Shown piece by piece: positions 44,654 through 52,400 of a stretch of 64,000 nucleotides of DNA; positions within the stretch are counted from its first letter, which is position 1, and every line of letters starts with the position of its first letter. This stretch comes from an uncultured Wenzhouxiangellaceae bacterium (lineage in GTDB: Bacteria > Pseudomonadota > Gammaproteobacteria > Xanthomonadales > SZUA-36): the NCBI GenBank assembly GCA_964443145.1, contig CAYUBS010000002.1:10440-74439 (forward strand). The letters run 5' to 3'. A program made the position numbers and the translations under genes. A model generated the notes under the pieces. That model had not been told where the DNA came from and made no database searches. It worked only from the letters and a program-made list of their open reading frames with translations.

Positions 44654-46568
44654 GGAAAAACCTCTCTACTTCGGCACGCCCTGTCGCGAGTTTCATGGGT
44701 GGCAGGCTTTCCAGAAAAACCCGGCCATAGGATTTCGTTCTGATTCTCGGGTCACAGATAACCAGGGCCCCCCGGTCGTTGACGTCCCGAATCAAACGGC
44801 CCGCACCCTGCTTGAGGGAAATAACCGCCTGCGGCAGGTATAACTGCGTAAACGGATTTCCACCGGACCGGCGCAGAGAATCGCTGCGTGCCTCCATCAC
44901 CGGGTCATCCGGTGCAGCAAAGGGCAGTTTGTCTATCACCACCAACGACAGTGCTTCACCGATCACATCCACGCCCTCCCAAAAACTGGCCGAACCCAGC
45001 AGGACACCTTGTCCGGACTCCCGAAATTGCTCGAGCAAAAGGCTACGGGGCTGCTCACCCTGGACGAATAACGGGAACTCAATTTCACCGTCCAGCAGTT
45101 CTGCCGCACGCCGTAACGACCGGTGTGAAGTAAATAACAGGAAGGCCCGCCCCTGACTCGCCTTGAGCAGTGGAACCACCTGCTCCAGCAAGGCCGGTAC
45201 AAATTCAGCATCGCGCGGTTCCGGAATTTCTTCAGGCAGCCACATCAGTGCATTAGTCGCGTAATCGAAAGGCGAATCCAGCTGCAGAGTCTTTGCATCA
45301 GCCAGACCCATCTGGTCGGTGAAGTGGGAAAAATCACCCCGCACGGAAAGTGTCGCCGAGGTGAATACCCAGGCGGCTTCCACGGTTTCCATAAACTGGT
45401 TGAATACTTCAGAGACTTCCAACGGCGTAATGTGCAGCGCAAAACCCCGCCCGCGTTTCTCGAACCAACGCACCTCGTCGGTTGTTTGCGGCGTGTCGAA
45501 CCGGTCCAGCCTGCCCTGTAACTCACCCAACCGCTCGATACAGCCGTCCATGCTGCGTGCGCCGCCTTCCAGTTGCTCCGCCGCGCCAGCCAGTGCGTTA
45601 ATCGCATGGTCCAGTTCCTGTAACGCGACGCGGACAGGAGCGTCACGGACCAGATCGCTCCAGGAGCCCCGATCAGGCATCCTCTGTGCGATAACAAGTT
45701 GAATTTCCTTCAATTTCTGCAGGCAGTCCGCAACCGGTTCGCGCAATATTCCCATCGCGCCGCTGACTTCGGCCGACTCGGCCAGGAAATCACGGCACAG
45801 ATCCTGAATCTGCCTGGCGGTCAGCGAAATACTGAAGAAGCGGGTAGCCGTTTCAGGTGCCTGGTGGGCTTCGTCGATGATGAAGGCGGCAGCGCCGGGC
45901 AGCACTTCCCCGAAACCACTCTGCTTAATCGCCATATCAGCGAACAGCAGATGATGATTCACCACCACCACGTCTGCGTCCTGCGCCTCACTTCGGGCTT
46001 TTGCCACGTGGCAATTTTCGAACTGCGGGCATTCACCGCTCAGGCAGTTCTCCGCCGTCGAAGTGACAAATGGCATCAGGCCGCTGTCTTCGGTGATCAC
46101 CCCGGCTATCGACAGGTCACCATCCGAAGTACGGGCAGACCAATCCATCACTGCTTCCAGCTCTGTGACCGCCTCACGGCTGGGCAGACGGCCCTCGGTA
46201 CGGGCCAACATCATGCGGTGCAGACAAAGATAATTGGCACGACCCTTCAACAGTGCCGGCTTGATGGACAAACCCAGCGCCTCGCACACCATCGGGAGAT
46301 CTCTGAAAAACAACTGGTCCTGCAGTGTCTTGGTTCCAGTGGAAATGATGACCCGCTCCCCACTGAGCAAGGCAGGAACCAGGTAAGCGAGCGTTTTACC
46401 AATGCCGGTTCCGGCCTCCACCACCAGTGATTGCCGCCCGGCCAGCGCCTGCTCCACTGCTTCAGCCATCTGGATCTGCGCATCACGCGGTGCGAAGGTG
46501 GTCAGCTTTTCTGAGAACGGCCCGTCCGCACCCAGCAGACGGGCACTTTTGCCCGGAGATTCCATCAT
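44646..46568 (-). CDS. DinG-family ATP-dependent DNA helicase (YoaA-like, Fe-S)
   Basis: 640-aa SF2 helicase (EAGTGIGKT, DEAH box in IIDEAHQ) with a Cys cluster (ENCLSGECPQFENC) typical of XPD/DinG Fe-S helicases. Confidence 0.85.
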   Translation of the reverse strand: MMESPGKSARLLGADGPFSEKLTTFAPRDAQIQMAEAVEQALAGRQSLVVEAGTGIGKTLAYLVPALLSGERVIISTGTKTLQDQLFFRDLPMVCEALGLSIKPALLKGRANYLCLHRMMLARTEGRLPSREAVTELEAVMDWSARTSDGDLSIAGVITEDSGLMPFVTSTAENCLSGECPQFENCHVAKARSEAQDADVVVVNHHLLFADMAIKQSGFGEVLPGAAAFIIDEAHQAPETATRFFSISLTARQIQDLCRDFLAESAEVSGAMGILREPVADCLQKLKEIQLVIAQRMPDRGSWSDLVRDAPVRVALQELDHAINALAGAAEQLEGGARSMDGCIERLGELQGRLDRFDTPQTTDEVRWFEKRGRGFALHITPLEVSEVFNQFMETVEAAWVFTSATLSVRGDFSHFTDQMGLADAKTLQLDSPFDYATNALMWLPEEIPEPRDAEFVPALLEQVVPLLKASQGRAFLLFTSHRSLRRAAELLDGEIEFPLFVQGEQPRSLLLEQFRESGQGVLLGSASFWEGVDVIGEALSLVVIDKLPFAAPDDPVMEARSDSLRRSGGNPFTQLYLPQAVISLKQGAGRLIRDVNDRGALVICDPRIRTKSYGRVFLESLPPMKLATGRAEVERFFHD

Positions 46569-46575
46569 GCTACGG

Positions 46576-47091
46576 TCACAGACCCCGGGGCTTGGTGTTC
46601 ATACACGCGCTGGCCTTTTGCTCCGCCTTCGCGGCTTCGGGATGGTCGCCGAGGTGTTCGCGGGAAACGCTTATGGTGCGCCAGTTTCGGCTGCATATCT
46701 CACCCACCCTGGGACCAATATCATAGGATCGGGTGGCAAAGTTAAGCGCCTGCTCATAGTCTTTCATCTGCAACTGGACCTCCGCCAGGCTCTGGAGAAT
46801 TTCCGGATCACGCGGCTGGATCCGCAGCGCGCGTTCCAGCAGCGTGGCCGCCTGCCCAAAATCACCGCTAGACTCTGCCGTACTGGCGTCAGCCAGCAAC
46901 TCCTTCACCGCCGGGTTTTGCAATGGGAAAACCTGCACGCCGGCGCTGTCCTCTTTCGCCGGTTCACGCACCCGCGAGTCCACTTCGCGGTCCGTTGAAG
47001 GCGCAGGTTCAGGGCTCGTTACGCAGGCGCTGAGGAACGCGACCAGCGCCACGGCCAATAGAGTTGAGGTTGCGCGCAATGCGCGCGTCAA
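46576..47091 (-). CDS. TPR lipoprotein immediately downstream of mrcB; candidate PBP1B activator (LpoP-like)
   Basis: The TTG at 47091 yields MTRALRATSTLLAVALVAFLSAC (lipobox). A Pro/Glu-rich, probably disordered linker follows, then TPR repeats. The ORF-track ATG starts (47193 and 47139) would run 46-101 nt into mrcB. The functional call is by analogy with P. aeruginosa LpoP, which is encoded next to ponB. Confidence 0.55.
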   Translation of the reverse strand: MTRALRATSTLLAVALVAFLSACVTSPEPAPSTDREVDSRVREPAKEDSAGVQVFPLQNPAVKELLADASTAESSGDFGQAATLLERALRIQPRDPEILQSLAEVQLQMKDYEQALNFATRSYDIGPRVGEICSRNWRTISVSREHLGDHPEAAKAEQKASACMNTKPRGL

Positions 47092-47092
47092 T

Positions 47093-49441
47093 CTATTGTT
47101 TCTTCTTGCCAAACAGTTTTTTCCAGAATGATTCTTCATCTTCTTCCTGTGCCGCAAAACACGCCGTGCTTTGCTTCGGCTCAGAGCCGTCAATAAATGG
47201 TATTTGTATAGCCCCGTCGCAGCCTTTGCCGGTCAAGTAGCCGCTCCGGGAATCTACCCAGAGCCAGTAGGCACCATCCGGCATTCTCAGGTCAACCGGC
47301 TCATAGGGCAACTGACGGAAAAGGCGACCCCACAATTGCATTGCCGCGTTACTTCCCGTCACTCCGGCAGGGCTGTTGTCGTCCTTCCCCACCCAGGTTA
47401 CTGCAACCTGGTTACGAGTATATCCGACAAACCAACTGTCGCGTTTGTCATTGGTGGTGCCGGTTTTCCCCGCCACGCTTCCAGCCTTGCCTAACAAGCC
47501 GGGCAGTGCTTTGGCGGTTCCCTGCTCGACCACCTGGGTAAGTGCGTAATTGAGAACGCTGATCGCCTCTCGATGGGGCTGGGGCATCATCCTTAAGGGG
47601 TAGCGAACCAGTTCGTCACCGTTCGCCGTTTGCACCGCGATGACCGATCGCAAAGGCACGCTGTAGCCCCCGGCTGCAATGGACTGATAGATTTGGGTGA
47701 CCTCAAGCGGCGTCAACTCCACAGCGCCCAGGAAAATGGATGGTACGGCGTCGATCTCGGCAACCACGCCCAGTTGCTGGATGCGGTTGAGGAGGTTATT
47801 GACACCCAGTTTAAGACCCAGCCGCACGGTCGCCTGGTTATAGGAACGGGTCAGTGCTTCCAGCAGGCTGACTTCACCATGAGACTTACCATCATAATTT
47901 GCCGGGCTCCAGTTACTTCCATTCGCCTGCTTCAGGGTCAGCGGCTCATCCTCGATCCGGCTGACCAGGCTGTAACTTTCGTTATGCTCCAGAGCCAGCA
48001 GGTAGACCAATGGTTTGATGACCGAACCAATCTGGCGACGCGCGTGTATGGCCCGGTTAAATCCGGCCCGGCCCGGATAGCGATCGCCTACCAGCGCCTG
48101 GACTTCACCCGTGGAGACATCGGCTACTACTATGGCCGTCTGCAAGTTGGCCGGCAAACCCCGTTTCTCCAGCTCGAGAAGACCCTGGGTTGCGGCGGTC
48201 TGAGCTTTTTCCTGCACCGAAGGCGCCAGGGTCGTAAAAATCCGCAAACCCTCTGTCTTCAAATCGTTCTCGCGATAGATCTGCGCCAACTGCCTGCGCA
48301 CCAGGTCGACGAAGGCGTGGTAGCGAATACCTTTTGAGCGGGGTTTTTCCGTCACACCCAGCCCCCGGGATGCCTCGCGCCCGGCCTCTGCTTTGGACAA
48401 CAAACCCGTCTCGGCGAATGCGGCCAGTACCTGGTTACGCCTGGCCAGTGCCCGTTTCGGGTGGCGCCTGGGGTTGTAATAGGACGCCCCCTTCACCAGG
48501 CCGATCAGCAGTGCAACCTGGTTGGGCTCCAGCCGTTGCAGGGGCTGGTCAAAATAGAACAGGCTGCCCTGTCCGAAACCATGCACGGCGTAAGCCCCCT
48601 GCTGCCCCAGGAAAACCTCGTTGATATAAGCTTCGAGAATCTGTGACTTGTCGTAGTGCGCTTCCAGCAGGAGGGCCATGATGGCCTCGTTGAATTTGCG
48701 CGCAATGGTCCGGTCGTGGGTCAGAAAATAGTTTTTGACCAGTTGCTGGGTCAGCGTACTGCCACCCTGCACCGCCCTGCCTGCTTTCAGGTTGGCGAAC
48801 GCCGCCCTGAGGATGCCACGCAGGTCAATGCCCGGATGGTGCTTGAAGTTACGATCTTCAACGGCCTGCAAACCGGTAATCAGAAGCGGAGGCACATCTG
48901 CCACTTTCACCAGGCTGCGGTCTTCTTTTTGCAGCGGGTAGATGGCGGCAATCTCAGCGGGCTCGATTCGCGCGAGGTCCAGCGCCTTGCCGCCAGGCAG
49001 CGCAGTAACCGCCGCGACCTTTCCACCCGCAACCCGCACCCGGAAACGGCTGGCTTCTTCATCCGCGTCATGAAAACGAAAAGAGCGGCGGTAAATTTCA
49101 ACATTGCTGCCGGATACCCGGAACTGTCCCGGCCGTGACACCGGATCAGCACTCCTGTAACCAGCAGCCTTCAATTCCATTTCAAGGTCCCGGACCGGTA
49201 GCAAGGCACCGGAATAGAGGTCCAGGGACCGGGCGTAGACGTGGCTCGGCAAATCCCATTTACGACCTTCAAATTCAGTGGTCACCTGGTAGTTCAGATA
49301 GATTACCCAGGGCACCAACAGTCCGAGAGACACGCCAAACAGCAACAATCCAAAGCGCCATATTTTCCCGGCCCAGCGCCTCGATACCGGCTTGGCTGCT
49401 TTCTTTCTTTTTGCCGCAGTCTTCTTTTTGCGTTTAGTCAT
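47093..49441 (-). CDS. mrcB: Penicillin-binding protein 1B (bifunctional glycosyltransferase/transpeptidase)
   Basis: 782-aa ORF with a Lys-rich cytoplasmic tail, a TM anchor and a UB2H-type insert. It also has the GT51 motif (EDRNFKHHPGID, GGSTLTQQ) and transpeptidase motifs SVIKP, SYN and KTGTT. Confidence 0.93.
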   Translation of the reverse strand: MTKRKKKTAAKRKKAAKPVSRRWAGKIWRFGLLLFGVSLGLLVPWVIYLNYQVTTEFEGRKWDLPSHVYARSLDLYSGALLPVRDLEMELKAAGYRSADPVSRPGQFRVSGSNVEIYRRSFRFHDADEEASRFRVRVAGGKVAAVTALPGGKALDLARIEPAEIAAIYPLQKEDRSLVKVADVPPLLITGLQAVEDRNFKHHPGIDLRGILRAAFANLKAGRAVQGGSTLTQQLVKNYFLTHDRTIARKFNEAIMALLLEAHYDKSQILEAYINEVFLGQQGAYAVHGFGQGSLFYFDQPLQRLEPNQVALLIGLVKGASYYNPRRHPKRALARRNQVLAAFAETGLLSKAEAGREASRGLGVTEKPRSKGIRYHAFVDLVRRQLAQIYRENDLKTEGLRIFTTLAPSVQEKAQTAATQGLLELEKRGLPANLQTAIVVADVSTGEVQALVGDRYPGRAGFNRAIHARRQIGSVIKPLVYLLALEHNESYSLVSRIEDEPLTLKQANGSNWSPANYDGKSHGEVSLLEALTRSYNQATVRLGLKLGVNNLLNRIQQLGVVAEIDAVPSIFLGAVELTPLEVTQIYQSIAAGGYSVPLRSVIAVQTANGDELVRYPLRMMPQPHREAISVLNYALTQVVEQGTAKALPGLLGKAGSVAGKTGTTNDKRDSWFVGYTRNQVAVTWVGKDDNSPAGVTGSNAAMQLWGRLFRQLPYEPVDLRMPDGAYWLWVDSRSGYLTGKGCDGAIQIPFIDGSEPKQSTACFAAQEEDEESFWKKLFGKKKQ

Positions 49442-49449
49442 CTAAGCAG

Positions 49450-52400
49450 ATGCCTCATAAGCGGGTGACATCACCCGGAGCATTGACCATAATGAAGGGA
49501 TTTCGTGCCGAAAGCACCCCCATGACCACGACTTTACCAGACCATCAAAACGAGCCCAATTCCCTTGGGAAATTGCTGAGCCAACATTGCGTGCAATGTC
49601 CGGGGCTTCCCTTGCTGTTGCTGGGCAAGGGCATCGCTGTTCCCGATTCATTTAAAGCGGCAATCTGCAGCCTTCTGGAGCAGGTTCAGGCCACTAACCC
49701 GGGACCGGTCGTACTGACCGTTCTGAGTAATTCGGTGCCCGACCTCAACCCGTTTGCAGGCCTGGCAATAGCGCCGGTTGATGTCCCCGATTCCGACCAG
49801 CTTGCAAGCCTGGTTAACCTGCTGGCCCCGGGTGAGATAACAGAATGGAACGACTGGCCGGACCATTGCATCCTGGTTTCAGCGCAAGCGGCGCAGGCCC
49901 TTTCCGCTGCCGATACGTCGTCCGGTAATGCGCTGTTACGTTTGCAGGAGGCGGGTGGCAGATTGTTGCTGGCAGACAGTGTCTTTCTACACGATCCGTC
50001 AAATAAATTATTTCAGTCAGATACTCTGCAACCCCATGAGCAGCAACGGCCTTCCGCCTGGGGCCAATTGCGAGAGCGGCTGGGACAATGGCTGCAGCTT
50101 CAGAACAGTCCACATCCAATGGATTGGGCACCGCTTGCTGCAGATTTCAGGAAAACGAAAAAGCCCGTCACACTGCATATCACACACAGCTGGGGTGGAG
50201 GTGTGGCGAAATGGGTTGAATCTTTCATCGAAGCGGATGACAGCGGCGTCAACCTCCAATTATGTGCCGAGGGCCCGCAGTCCGGCAAGGGGTACGGGCA
50301 GTGCCTGGCTCTGTACCTGGGCAATCAACTCGAAACTCCGGTTGCCCGTTGGTGGTTACAACCTCCCATCCAGTCAACCGTACGCGAACATGCTCAGTAC
50401 CGGACCGTGTTGCTTGAGATCCAGCAACGCTATGGCATAGGCCGGGTGATGGTTTCGTCCCTGATCGGGCACAGCCTGGAAGCATTATCGACCGGTTTGC
50501 CGACGCTCCAGGTCCTACATGATTTTTACCCGCTATGGCCGCTGCTGGGGATCCACCCCGGACACTACCCCGGCAACATGCCTGGCGAACGATTGACAAA
50601 AGCCTTGCAGGAACATGAGCTGTTACCTGGATTCCGGGACCGCGACACAGCTGGATGGCAACTATTGGGACAGCAATGGCGGGAGTGTATTAAAAACAAT
50701 GCCGTGCGTACGGTCGCTCCCAGCCAGTCAGTCGCAGACCTGCTGAGCGACCTGGACCCCGGCTGGTCCGGGATGGGCACGCAGATCATTCCGCATGGCT
50801 TGCCGGAGTTGCCCGGAAACATTCCAGTGCTGCCGAGAGACCGCGAGGACGGTCGCCTGCGGGTCGTGATTCCCGGGCGTATACAAGCCGGAAAAGGGCA
50901 GCAGTTATTACTCGAAGCTTTGCCGGAAATCACCCGCTTCGCCCATGTATATTTACTCGGTGCCGGCAAAGAGGGCGAAGTGTTTTTTGGCAAGTCGGGT
51001 GTCGATGTCATCATCCAGTATCGCCGTGAAGACCTGCGCGGCCTGCTGGCGACGATCGGACCACATGTCGCAGGCCTGCTGTCGATCGTCCCCGAGACGT
51101 TCAGCTATACGCTCTCAGAAATGCAGCAACTGGACATTCCGGTAATCGCCACACGCGTGGGTAGCCTGGCAGAACGCGTCCGGCATGGCGAAACCGGCTG
51201 GTTGATCGAACCTGATGCGGGCGCACTGGTTGAAAAGCTGCGGGCGCTGGCTTCCAATCGGGATGAAATCCAAGCGGTTAGAGACAATTTGGCTGACGTC
51301 AGTTTATCCGGCACAACGCAGATGGTCGGCCAATATCAGGCCTTATGTGAACCGCTATCTGCAACGAGGGGACTGACCACGGCACAAAGTCCGGATCGAG
51401 CACAGGCGGCTGCCCTCGCCTTTCAAAAGACTGAGCTCACAACAGAAAAACGCCAATTGGCCAAACAGGCAGAGAGCCTTCAGGCCGAGGTGGAAAAACG
51501 CAGCAGCTGGGCTGAAGACAGTGAGAAATCCCGGCTGGAGGAAGTCGAGCGGCGCATCAGCTGGGTAGCCCAGCTGGAAGAGCAGCTGGAACATGAGCAG
51601 GCTGCGCATCGCCAGACCAACCAGCACCTGGAAGACCTCAGAACCATACACGACTGGGTGTTGGCCACGGCTTCCTGGCGCTGGACCAGGCCGTTCCGGG
51701 TGCTGGGCCGGGTTTTCAAAAACCTTAAACAGGCCCGGGCATATAATCCGCTGCGCTGGCCGTTGTTACTCTCCCAGCTGGTTCGCACCTTGAGCACCGA
51801 TGGCCTAAGCGGTGCCCTTAACCGCTCCCAATCCAGCCAGGCGAAACACCACAAACCGGAAATCCCGGCCGCTGCTGATATCGAATCGATTGGTGACCCG
51901 GAAGCGCCCTCAGCCTTTCCTGATGTTGAGGATCCGGACGTTTCCATCATCATCCCCGTTTACAACAAGTGGCTCTACAGCGCAGCGTGTTTACGTTCTC
52001 TGGCCGAAATAGCATGTAAAACCAGTTTTGAAGTGATCGTCGTGGATGACCAGTCCAGCGATGAGACACCGGACAGACTGGAACAGGTCAAGGGTCTGAC
52101 GAACCTGCGCAACAAGCAGAACCTGGGGTTTGTCGGTAGCTGCAACCGCGGGGCTGAGGCCGCCAGGGGCCGCTACGTGGTGATGCTGAACAATGACACC
52201 CAGGTGCTGGAAGGTTGGCTTGACGCGCTGCTGGAAACCTTCAAGCGCCATCCTGATACGGGCATGGCCGGTGCCAGCCTGGTCTATCCTGATGGCACAT
52301 TGCAGGAAGCCGGCGGTATCATTTTCCGGGACGGGTCTGGCTGGAACTACGGCAAGGGTGATAACCCAGAGCGGCCCGAATACCACTACAGCCGCGAAGT

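Noticed and set aside
45699-46430. 243-aa plus-strand ORF inside the DinG-like helicase gene, with similar plus-strand ORFs at 47630-48337 in mrcB and 15482-16168 in sufB/sufC
   Set aside because: All are antisense to genes with full-length, motif-rich products. They are treated as spurious.
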